DNA from: an uncultured Muribaculaceae bacterium
GTDB lineage: Bacteria; Pseudomonadota; Alphaproteobacteria; Rs-D84
Direction: 5' to 3'
Assembly: GCA_965231035.1 (NCBI GenBank)
Contig: OZ246409.1
Location: forward strand, 421,101-453,100
Length of the DNA: 32,000 nucleotides
This document shows, one piece after another, positions 7,106 through 14,878 of the stretch. Made by a program: the position numbers and the translations under genes. Position 1 is the first letter of the stretch; each line of letters begins with the position of its first letter. The notes beneath the pieces were generated by a model. That model searched no databases. It was not told the DNA's origin and saw only the letters and a list, made by a program, of their open reading frames with translations.

Positions 7106-8020
7106 ATGAATAAAAGAATTGACCGTTTTCTTTTGGGGCTGCTTTGGCTTTTGGCTATGACGCTTGGTGCCAATTTTTGGTTCACGACCCGTTTTGGTTT
7201 TAATATTTTTCTTGTATCTCATTGGAAATATCTTGGGGAAATCCAGGCTGCTGGTTCGGAAATAGAACCTTTGTTTTATATTTCCTTGGTAGTTTTTGCA
7301 TTTTTAACGGTTTTTGGACTTTTTATGCTTGTTCGAACCAAACTTAGAAAAATAACATTTGATACTGGAAAAGAATCATCATTGGAAAAAACTGTTGTTG
7401 TTGAAACTCCTGTAATAAAAATGTCAGAGATTGTGATACCAGAAAAAAAAGAAAATGTTTTATCACCTGTTCGTCCACCCAGATTGTCTATTCCTGTGAC
7501 GCCAAATTATTCCGTACCAAAGAATCAAAATAATTTAAGACCGGACGTACCTGTTAATAATATTCCGGAAATACCGACCCAGGTAAAAAACAAGACTGTT
7601 TCAGGTATCGAAACATCCGAAATTGAAGAGATATTCAAACAATCTGGTTATCTGGTTAAAAAACCTTCCAGAATTGCTGGTTTTCTTCCAGATTTATTTG
7701 CAATTGGTGCAGACGAAGTATTATGGGTTGGCGGTATTGGTTCAAATCCAAATGAAATGTCTAATGCTTTGGAAAAATTAAAGGCTATTTTCAAAGACAC
7801 ATTGGAAGATATAGACATTAACGTAAAATCGTTTATAATATCTGATGACAATGCTTCTACTGATGATTTTGCATCAATTGAGAAGTTTGCCTCAGTTCAA
7901 GAACTGCGTGATTATATGGGCAAAAATAAAAGTAGAGAAATTCAAAATTCAGAACAAGAAGATTTTGAAGCTTATTCTGAATACATAGATACGGTTGCAG
8001 ATTATTTTAACAAGTTATAA
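7106..8020 (+). CDS. Membrane-anchored protein with Pro-rich linker and C-terminal restriction-endonuclease-fold-like module
   Basis: Two N-terminal TM helices and the linker PVRPPRLSIPVTPNYSVP. The C-terminus EIEEIFKQSGYLVKK..FLPDLFAIGADEVLWVGG..ALEKLKAIFKD..INVKSFII has an alpha-beta3-alpha-beta pattern with PD...E-x-L where PD-(D/E)xK would sit. Confidence 0.45.
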   Translation: MNKRIDRFLLGLLWLLAMTLGANFWFTTRFGFNIFLVSHWKYLGEIQAAGSEIEPLFYISLVVFAFLTVFGLFMLVRTKLRKITFDTGKESSLEKTVVVETPVIKMSEIVIPEKKENVLSPVRPPRLSIPVTPNYSVPKNQNNLRPDVPVNNIPEIPTQVKNKTVSGIETSEIEEIFKQSGYLVKKPSRIAGFLPDLFAIGADEVLWVGGIGSNPNEMSNALEKLKAIFKDTLEDIDINVKSFIISDDNASTDDFASIEKFASVQELRDYMGKNKSREIQNSEQEDFEAYSEYIDTVADYFNKL

Positions 8021-8039
8021 ACAACGGGAAAATAAAACT

Positions 8040-8546
8040 ATGCAGCTTAAGAAATCATCCGCAGAAAAAAGATTAGAAGATTTGTTTATGGACGATCTGC
8101 CAGTAGTGGAATTCGCCGTCCAGGAATCTTGTGTAGTTCCAGATTGGTTTGCCAAATACAGATCTTTGCGCCGTGATTTTATGAAATCTTTAACTGATTC
8201 TATTGAAGACCTTGCTTTTCTTAATTTATCCCAAGATGAATTTATGGGACTAATTATGGGACGCTCTTTGCCCCCTAACCTTTCTTTAAGATTTCGTATT
8301 CCATTGGTATGGGGTGGAAAATTGGAAATAGAAAATATGTTTATGTGCAGAACTTTTCCACACAGTCATAACATGGACAGATTTATAATCGAACAAGCTG
8401 GCAGTCCCACTATATGGCTCCCTAATCCTGTCAGAAAAGTTTATGTACCAGCACATACTACTGGTGGTGGCGATGGCGGTAATGCAACCGAAGACAGATT
8501 AAGCCAACTGGCTTCACAACTAGCTTCTTCAAGGGGTATGGAATAA
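8040..8546 (+). CDS. Small protein with a degenerate HNH/beta-beta-alpha-Me-like motif (candidate toxin component)
   Basis: RFRIPLVWGGKLEIENMFMCRTFPHSHN resembles HxxPxxxGGxxxxxNxxxxCxxCH, but has Phe at the first His position. The start at 8040 follows GGGAAA. It is tightly coupled to the next ORF. Confidence 0.35.
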   Translation: MQLKKSSAEKRLEDLFMDDLPVVEFAVQESCVVPDWFAKYRSLRRDFMKSLTDSIEDLAFLNLSQDEFMGLIMGRSLPPNLSLRFRIPLVWGGKLEIENMFMCRTFPHSHNMDRFIIEQAGSPTIWLPNPVRKVYVPAHTTGGGDGGNATEDRLSQLASQLASSRGME

Positions 8547-8548
8547 AA

Positions 8549-8983
8549 ATGGATATAATGGAATTTTTATCTTATATGAAATCTAATGGTGCAACATTTG
8601 TGCCTGCTGCTAGTACAGCAAATATATCAATGGCCAGCAGTAATTTACAAAATATTCGTGCGGCCACACTGCCTCCTTTTATGATAGATTTTTATAAAAA
8701 TGTTGGCGGTATGATTTTAGGAGACGCATACATATTTGGACCAGATCAAATAACTGTGACCAAAAAATTTCCTGTGCCATCAATACTAGAAGTAAATCGT
8801 GAAATAATTGATTTACCACAGGTTCGTGGAAAAACCGTTTTTGGCAGAAATGATTTATTCTGGTTTGCGTTTGATGCTTTTGGAATATGTTTTATGTTGG
8901 ATAATATTTCATTAAAACCAGTACGTAAATATGACGATCCTTGGCGCGCCATGACTGATTGCTTAATAGTAGGAAAGATGTGA
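8549..8983 (+). CDS. SMI1/KNR4 (SUKH)-like protein (candidate immunity component)
   Basis: NIRAATLPPFMIDFYKNVGGMILGD plus C-terminal GRNDLFWFAFDAFGICFMLD fit the SUKH pattern (LPxxhxxFhxxxNGG ... GxD ... D..G). It starts 2 nt after the upstream stop. Confidence 0.45.
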   Translation: MDIMEFLSYMKSNGATFVPAASTANISMASSNLQNIRAATLPPFMIDFYKNVGGMILGDAYIFGPDQITVTKKFPVPSILEVNREIIDLPQVRGKTVFGRNDLFWFAFDAFGICFMLDNISLKPVRKYDDPWRAMTDCLIVGKM

Positions 8984-9195
8984 AAAAAATATCTGTTTCT
9001 TTATCAGGTCATCAAACCAGCATCACACTGGAAGATGAATTTTTTGACGCTTTGAAAAAAATAGCCGACACGGATAAAAAATCTGTTGCATCTATAATCA
9101 ATTCAATAGATGAAAAAAGAACGCCTGAATCTAACCTTTCTTCCGAGATAAGGATATATATATTGAACAGATTGTTGAAAACAGCAAAATTATAA
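8980..9195 (+). CDS. Ribbon-helix-helix (RHH_4-type) DNA-binding protein
   Basis: KKISVSLSGHQTSITLEDEFFDALKKIADTDKKSVASIINSIDEKR...NLSSEIRIYILNRLL matches the alphaproteobacterial RHH_4 pattern (GHxTSxxLEdxFW..L..iA...). A GTG start at 8980 overlaps the upstream stop (GTGA) and is preceded by AGGAAAG. Confidence 0.7.
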   Translation: MKKISVSLSGHQTSITLEDEFFDALKKIADTDKKSVASIINSIDEKRTPESNLSSEIRIYILNRLLKTAKL

Positions 9196-11122
9196 TCATC
9201 CACATATCACGTCCCAATTCTCGATAAATAGTTATATGATGACCACCAATAATTCCGTCCAAACTGCCCGCTTCGCCAACCTGCAAAGATGATTCAATTG
9301 TTCCATCCGATGAAATAAAAGCACTGATACCAGAATAATTTGCACGAACAATCGGTAACCCAGATTCAATAGCATATCTGCGAACCATATCCAGATGCTG
9401 ATAAGTACCAGGTGTTTTATCAAACCAATTATCATTAGTAATATTTATAATAGCCTGGGGTTGATGTTCTGAATTTTTTGGAATCAAAGAATCTGAAAAT
9501 ATTATTTCATAGCAAATTGCCGGTGCAAAATAAAAATCATTATCTTTTAATTTCAGCTTTATAATTTCTGGACCATTTCCAGGTGTCAGTAACCCGGGTG
9601 TTGGAATTAAATTCCCAAACGGACGGTATTCCCCGAATGGTACCAAATGTGATTTACTGTATATTTTTTGTATATTCCCTTCTTTATTAACGACCAGCAA
9701 AGAATTATAAAGTTTCCCATAATCATAAGTAGTTGCACCCATAATTGTTTGGGTTTTTAATTTTTTCACAATGTCCAGATTCTCATTTATAACTAAATAC
9801 GGATATGTTGTTTCTGGAAATATCATCAAGTCAACTGGCTCATCATCTTTGCTTGCCAAGTACCCTAAATTTTTTATATTTTCTTCGGCATTTGCAATTG
9901 CCTGTGCACGGGAATAAGTTGCTTTTTCTTCAGCTGACTTTCCAGGTTGAATTATTCTTATTATTGGTGATGAATCATAATTTTTATTATTGGATTTTTT
10001 TATGTTTTGATACCCAAAAAATATTCCAATAATTAATAATGTTAAAAATACAAAAAATGGAAAAAATATTATCTTTGATTTTCTGTTTTTTATAATCTCG
10101 ACTGTGCTGGATATTAAACCAATAATTATAAATGTTAAACCAAAGGCACCCCACAAAGACATAGAGTTAGATAGTATCGGAAACGGCATTGTTATGTTCG
10201 AAATTGGGTTCCATGGGAATCCTGTAAAAAGCCATTCACGAAGCCACAAAACAAACACCCAAATTGATGCGAATAAAAACGTTCTATGTGCACTGTTCTG
10301 CCGCATACAGTGAATTATTATGAATGGAATCGCAAAAATAAATCCGCCAACAATTCCAATTCCAATTAATGCAGGAACTGTCCAAATTGCAAACTTTGCC
10401 ATCAGTTCCGGAACAACATAAATTGAATTAACAACCCACCAAAATTGACCAACCGCATAGGCGGCTGTGAATGGTAAAATTCTGAACATTGATTTCCAAA
10501 ATTTATGTTTATGATTATTATCTAAATCATAAATTGTAATACCGTATGCCAGACCTATTCCAAGTACAGTTCCCCACCACAGATTAAACGGTGCAAAACC
10601 AATGGAAGATAACAATCCAAGAAATATCAAAACAAAAGATCTTAAAACTATTTTGTTTGAAATTTTTCCAATAATTCTATTAAAAATATTTTCTTTTTTA
10701 TCATCTGAATAAGGATTTTTAATACCAAGTTTTTTTAATAACTTTATTTCCAAATTTTCCATTTTTTTTGCATCCCGATTATTCAAATGATCATACCCCA
10801 TCAGATGAAGTACACCATGAACAAGCATGTGTGTTGTATGTTCTTCAAATGTTTTGTTTTGCTCTTTTGCCTCTCTTGCGACAGTATCAAAGGATATAAA
10901 AATATCACCCAACAATTCGTTATCCCCTGTTTCAAAAGAAAGAACATTTGTGGGCTTGTCAATTTTTCTGTATTTTTTATTCAGCACTTTGATTTCTTTA
11001 TCATTTGTCAGAATAATAGAAACTTCAGCATTTTTAGTTTTGTTCACAGATTCAACAATTCGCATAAAATCAATCTTGTGCGATTTCCATCTGGTATCGT
11101 TATAATTTACAAAAGTTTTCAT
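9131..11122 (-). CDS. ybeY/lnt: In-frame fusion of the YbeY endoribonuclease domain (about residues 1-140) with apolipoprotein N-acyltransferase Lnt (about residues 158-663)
   Basis: The N-terminus has HGVLHLMGYDH (YbeY zinc motif). The rest is a multi-TM Lnt with the nitrilase-type triad context FPETTYP, KSHLVPFGEY and PAICYEIIF. It is a single 663-codon ORF with no stop or ATG at the junction. Confidence 0.85.
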   Translation of the reverse strand: MKTFVNYNDTRWKSHKIDFMRIVESVNKTKNAEVSIILTNDKEIKVLNKKYRKIDKPTNVLSFETGDNELLGDIFISFDTVAREAKEQNKTFEEHTTHMLVHGVLHLMGYDHLNNRDAKKMENLEIKLLKKLGIKNPYSDDKKENIFNRIIGKISNKIVLRSFVLIFLGLLSSIGFAPFNLWWGTVLGIGLAYGITIYDLDNNHKHKFWKSMFRILPFTAAYAVGQFWWVVNSIYVVPELMAKFAIWTVPALIGIGIVGGFIFAIPFIIIHCMRQNSAHRTFLFASIWVFVLWLREWLFTGFPWNPISNITMPFPILSNSMSLWGAFGLTFIIIGLISSTVEIIKNRKSKIIFFPFFVFLTLLIIGIFFGYQNIKKSNNKNYDSSPIIRIIQPGKSAEEKATYSRAQAIANAEENIKNLGYLASKDDEPVDLMIFPETTYPYLVINENLDIVKKLKTQTIMGATTYDYGKLYNSLLVVNKEGNIQKIYSKSHLVPFGEYRPFGNLIPTPGLLTPGNGPEIIKLKLKDNDFYFAPAICYEIIFSDSLIPKNSEHQPQAIINITNDNWFDKTPGTYQHLDMVRRYAIESGLPIVRANYSGISAFISSDGTIESSLQVGEAGSLDGIIGGHHITIYRELGRDMWMIIILLFSTICSIYISLSRKKG

Positions 11123-11484
11123 TATTTTTTCCCCAGACCAGTTTTCTTTGCAATTTTGGAACGAACCCTCGAATAGCTGGATGCAACAAAAGGATAATTA
11201 TTTGGCAATCCCCATTTTGAACGATATTGGGTTGGTGTCATATTAAACTTACGTTTTATATACCGACGCAGCATTATGTGCCAGGTACCATCTTCCAGAC
11301 ATTGAATTTTATCCAAGCGCACCGAATCTTTTATTTGCTGTGGTGTAATAGATGCACCACGAAGATGTTCAGTTGCCTGTTTTACAGCATCCGCCATGGT
11401 CAGTTTTGGATTCGCAGAAATAGCTGCAGCCGCCAGTTGTGCCACCGCCAAGGCAAAATCATTATTTTTTACTATTTCTTTCAT
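11122..11484 (-). CDS. mucR: MucR/Ros family transcriptional regulator, zinc ligands mostly substituted
   Basis: IQCLEDGTWHIMLRRYIKRKFNMTPTQYRSKWGLPNNYPFVASSYSRVRSKIAKKTGLG aligns to Ros ITCLECG...KRHL..HH.MTPEEYR.KW.LP.DYPMVAP.Y. Its stop overlaps the ybeY ATG (TAATG). Confidence 0.85.
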   Translation of the reverse strand: MKEIVKNNDFALAVAQLAAAAISANPKLTMADAVKQATEHLRGASITPQQIKDSVRLDKIQCLEDGTWHIMLRRYIKRKFNMTPTQYRSKWGLPNNYPFVASSYSRVRSKIAKKTGLGKK

Positions 11485-11519
11485 TTTGCTTTCGCTTTGT
11501 TGTTTTTTGTACTAATATT

Positions 11520-11532
11520 ATTGTATCACAAA
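11520..11532 (-). promoter_or_regulatory. Extended -10 promoter (TTTGTGATACAAT) for mucR
   Basis: The minus strand reads tttgTGATACAAT, ending 35 nt upstream of the ATG at 11484. Confidence 0.45.
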
Positions 11533-11558
11533 TAAAACCAAAGTAAAATAAAAGTAAA

Positions 11559-12848
11559 ATGCGTAAAACAATCGAATCTTCTGGTCGTCCATTGGCAGAT
11601 CTTATGCGTCCAAAAACTATTGATGAAGTTCTGGGTCAAAATTTGTTGTTGGGTGAAAATGGTTTAATTCGCAGAATGGTTGAAAATAAAAAACTTTCTA
11701 ATCTGATTCTTTGGGGACCGCCCGGATGCGGAAAAACAACAATAGCACGCGCCCTGGCAAATTCTGTTGATATGGATTTTGTTCCAATGTCGGCTGTATT
11801 TTCAGGGACTGCTGATATAAAAAAAGCAATGGAAGCCGCCAAAATGAATTGTGCTATTGGGCGGTCTACCCTGCTTTTTATTGATGAAATCCACAGATTT
11901 AATAAAACCCAACAAGACACTTTACTTCCATATCTGGAAGATGGAACGGTTGTATTTATTGGTGCAACTACTGAAAACCCCAGCTTTAATTTAAATAATG
12001 CTTTGTTGTCGCGTTGCCATGTTTGTGTTTTGCAACCATTATCTACGGAAGATTTGATTGAATTAATTGATAGATCTGAAAAATTTCTTGGAATAAAAAA
12101 ATTACCATTAGCAAATGAATCAAGAATTCATTTGGCACAAATGGCTGATGGAGATGCAAGGTTTTTATTAAACACTGTTGAATATCTTGTTTCTGCAAAA
12201 TTTGATCATGATTTGTCACCTGTTGAATTAGATAATGCGATTCAAAAACGTCCCCCACTTTCTGATAAAAGTGGTGACGAACATTATAATCTGATTTCTG
12301 CTGTTCACAAATCTTTACGTGCCAGTGATACAGATGCCGCACTTTACTGGACCGCACGAATGATGATTGGCGGTCAAGATCCAATGTATTTGTTCAGACG
12401 TTTAACCAGATTCGCAATGGAAGATATTGGTCTGGCAGATCCAAACGCGATGAGTGTTGCCCTGACTGCATGGCAGGTTTATGAAAGAATGGGTTCACCC
12501 GAAGGTGATTTGGCATTAACAGAATTGGTAATTTATTTGGGAACCGCACCGAAAAGTATCGGAAATTACAAGGCACAAAAATCCGCGTATGCGGCAGCCA
12601 CTGCCAATGGTAGCCTGATGCCGCCAAAAAATATTTTAAACGCACCAACAAAAATGATGAAAAATTTGGGATACAGCTCCGGGTATGTTTACGAGCCTGA
12701 AACAGAATCCGGATTTTCAGGTCAAAATTGTTTTCCCGAAGGAATGAAGAGGCAAACTTTCTATACCCCACATGAAATTGGTTTCGAACGTGAAATTAAA
12801 AAGCGCATAGATTACTGGAATAAAATCCGTGATCAGAAAAAAAATTAA
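11559..12848 (+). CDS. rarA: Replication-associated recombination protein A (AAA+ ATPase)
   Basis: Walker A GPPGCGKTT, Walker B LFIDEIHRFNK, and the C-terminal MgsA region HYNLISAVHKSLRASD.DAALYW. Confidence 0.92.
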   Translation: MRKTIESSGRPLADLMRPKTIDEVLGQNLLLGENGLIRRMVENKKLSNLILWGPPGCGKTTIARALANSVDMDFVPMSAVFSGTADIKKAMEAAKMNCAIGRSTLLFIDEIHRFNKTQQDTLLPYLEDGTVVFIGATTENPSFNLNNALLSRCHVCVLQPLSTEDLIELIDRSEKFLGIKKLPLANESRIHLAQMADGDARFLLNTVEYLVSAKFDHDLSPVELDNAIQKRPPLSDKSGDEHYNLISAVHKSLRASDTDAALYWTARMMIGGQDPMYLFRRLTRFAMEDIGLADPNAMSVALTAWQVYERMGSPEGDLALTELVIYLGTAPKSIGNYKAQKSAYAAATANGSLMPPKNILNAPTKMMKNLGYSSGYVYEPETESGFSGQNCFPEGMKRQTFYTPHEIGFEREIKKRIDYWNKIRDQKKN

Positions 12849-12853
12849 ATTAA

Positions 12854-12882
12854 AAAACCACCTATTTTGGTGGTTTTAATTT
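12854..12882. terminator. Bidirectional Rho-independent terminator between convergent rarA and the OMP gene
   Basis: aaaaccacc-tatttt-ggtggtttt forms a 9-bp stem with T-runs on both strands. Confidence 0.8.
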
Positions 12883-12883
12883 T

Positions 12884-13600
12884 CTAGAACAAAATATTTA
12901 AATTTGCACCGAATTGATATTCACTTGATTCAAATTCATAATCAACATGTGCAACATATTCTGTGCGTCCATATTTTCTGACCAGTTTAAAGTTTATCCA
13001 TTCTTGATCAAACACTGGATTTGTTGATTTACGCAAATCAAATCCTAAACCTGTCATCCAACTAGGACTTATTTTTACATATGCCTCGGGCATCAAATCA
13101 ATATAAGCCATACCTGAAACTTCGTCAAAAATCCAAGTTGTCTTTATGGTTCCTGCCAAAGTAAACGAAGACCATTGGCGTCCAAAACGCATTCCGGCAT
13201 AATATGCAGTATTTGCAAAATCAGGTGTGCGAACACGATCACTGCCACCAAAGTTAACCCCAAAAAGTGCGTCTGAAATTGCCTCGGATTCGGAATTACC
13301 AGAAATACGATAAATACCACCAACACCAATGTGAGAAAATCCGTCATCGGTTCCATTAAAATCCTGTTGATATTTAATGTTTGCATTTAAAGCCAATCTG
13401 CCGTTTACACCATACGAAAACATTTGCGATACACGTATAACACTGTCATTCAAATACAGTCCAGATCTAGATAAAAAATCACCAGAGCTTTCCAAAAATA
13501 TTGGATTTTCAGTATCAAAATCTGACTCTGCGTTAGCCGCAAAAATCGGCAATCCGCACAAAACCGTAAATGATAAAATTTTTAATATTTTATTTTTCAT
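12884..13600 (-). CDS. Small outer-membrane beta-barrel protein
   Basis: Signal peptide MKNKILKILSFTVLCGLPIFAANA, alternating beta-strand pattern, and the C-terminal ...GANLNILF aromatic terminus typical of OMPs. Confidence 0.7.
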   Translation of the reverse strand: MKNKILKILSFTVLCGLPIFAANAESDFDTENPIFLESSGDFLSRSGLYLNDSVIRVSQMFSYGVNGRLALNANIKYQQDFNGTDDGFSHIGVGGIYRISGNSESEAISDALFGVNFGGSDRVRTPDFANTAYYAGMRFGRQWSSFTLAGTIKTTWIFDEVSGMAYIDLMPEAYVKISPSWMTGLGFDLRKSTNPVFDQEWINFKLVRKYGRTEYVAHVDYEFESSEYQFGANLNILF

Positions 13601-13620
13601 ATTTCATTTCCGTAACAATT

Positions 13621-14817
13621 TTAGAAATACAATATTCCTTGGACACCAAATGAAGTTTCCAAAGTATTATTCAATTTTGCAGTTCCTATTTTTGTAAATT
13701 CTGTTACACCTGCACTTGGTTCATACCACCAGAATCCCAGTTTTTTGCCATCTGCATTATCATATACAGATGTTTTAGCATATAGATTCAAAGAGAAATT
13801 GTTATATGGTTGCCATCCAACTACCCCTTTGATAGATGCTTGATTATGCCAATCATAATTTCCGAATAATCCTTCAACATTTAATGTCCAATCTTTATCC
13901 AAAACGCTGAAAACGCCAAATCCACCTTCGTAGTAATTTACATTATTGTCGCCAGTTTTATAAGCAATCAATAATGCTGCATTATCATTTGATATTCCAT
14001 TTCCATAAGAATTCATATCAAAGTTTACAAACCATCCACGTGCCAAACCATATATTGTAGAAGAACCAATTTTGTAACCAGCCTTTGCATCAACTGCAAA
14101 AAAGTCTGCTAAATCACTTTGTCTTTGATAATATCCAGAAATATTTGCAATCCATTCGTTTGTATCAACAAAACGCCACTGCAAACCCAGACCGTACATA
14201 TTTAAACCAGAATCTGTCATTTCGTCATCAGACGCAGTTGACCAATCCATAGAATATTTTGAATAATCATATCTGACCATACCCATCAAAGCTAAATTAT
14301 CTGTAACACCATAGCTGATATCTTCTTTTACATACATCTGACCTGCATTCCATGTTGCCTTGGTATCACTTAATGCTGGTCCTGTTGTTTGATCAATTTT
14401 GAAATCATAAGAACTGTTTGTATAACCCAAATCAGTTACAGAACCAAATTTACCAGCCAATGGTTGAAAGAAAGGATGTGCCAAATAATATTTGCGCTTG
14501 GCATCTGCACGTGCTGATTCTGTACGTGAAGTTCTGTCGTATTGATTTGTTGATTCAGAATTATAAGCCTTGTACAAAGCACTTCTTTTAGAAGGTTCTG
14601 TATAATAAATATTATTATTGTCTTTTACTGCATAAGTTTTTGATGTGCTGCGTGTTTCATACTTTTCATAATTTACCCTTGTTTGAACACGTGCGCCTGG
14701 TGCACTGCTGAGATCTGCAGTGGAAGAACCATCAACAGCTGCGTTCGCAGAACTAAAAACACTGGCCATTCCGAAAACTGCAATTGCCCAAACAAAAAGT
14801 GACATCTGTTTTTTCAT
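13621..14817 (-). CDS. Outer-membrane porin-like beta-barrel protein
   Basis: Signal peptide ...ASVFSSANA. The protein is Gly/Tyr/Asn-rich with an amphipathic strand pattern and ends in GVQGILYF. AAGGAG RBS. Confidence 0.7.
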   Translation of the reverse strand: MKKQMSLFVWAIAVFGMASVFSSANAAVDGSSTADLSSAPGARVQTRVNYEKYETRSTSKTYAVKDNNNIYYTEPSKRSALYKAYNSESTNQYDRTSRTESARADAKRKYYLAHPFFQPLAGKFGSVTDLGYTNSSYDFKIDQTTGPALSDTKATWNAGQMYVKEDISYGVTDNLALMGMVRYDYSKYSMDWSTASDDEMTDSGLNMYGLGLQWRFVDTNEWIANISGYYQRQSDLADFFAVDAKAGYKIGSSTIYGLARGWFVNFDMNSYGNGISNDNAALLIAYKTGDNNVNYYEGGFGVFSVLDKDWTLNVEGLFGNYDWHNQASIKGVVGWQPYNNFSLNLYAKTSVYDNADGKKLGFWWYEPSAGVTEFTKIGTAKLNNTLETSFGVQGILYF

Positions 14818-14846
14818 ATAAAAACTCCTTAATATTTCCTGCCCGA

Positions 14847-14875
14847 ATTATATCACAAAAAACTTATTAGTGCAA
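14847..14875 (-). promoter_or_regulatory. Porin promoter: -35 TTGCAC, 17-nt spacer, extended -10 TGATATAAT
   Basis: The minus strand reads TTGCAC-n17-TATAAT with TGA immediately upstream of the -10. It lies 29 nt upstream of the ATG, followed by AAGGAG. Confidence 0.55.
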
Positions 14876-14878
14876 AAG

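Noticed and set aside
9805-11176. Plus-strand ORFs antisense to ybeY::lnt (9805-10032, 10104-10313, 10787-11176, 10827-11105)
   Set aside because: These are antisense shadows of a motif-supported gene, with Phe/Ile/Leu-rich composition typical of AT-rich antisense frames.
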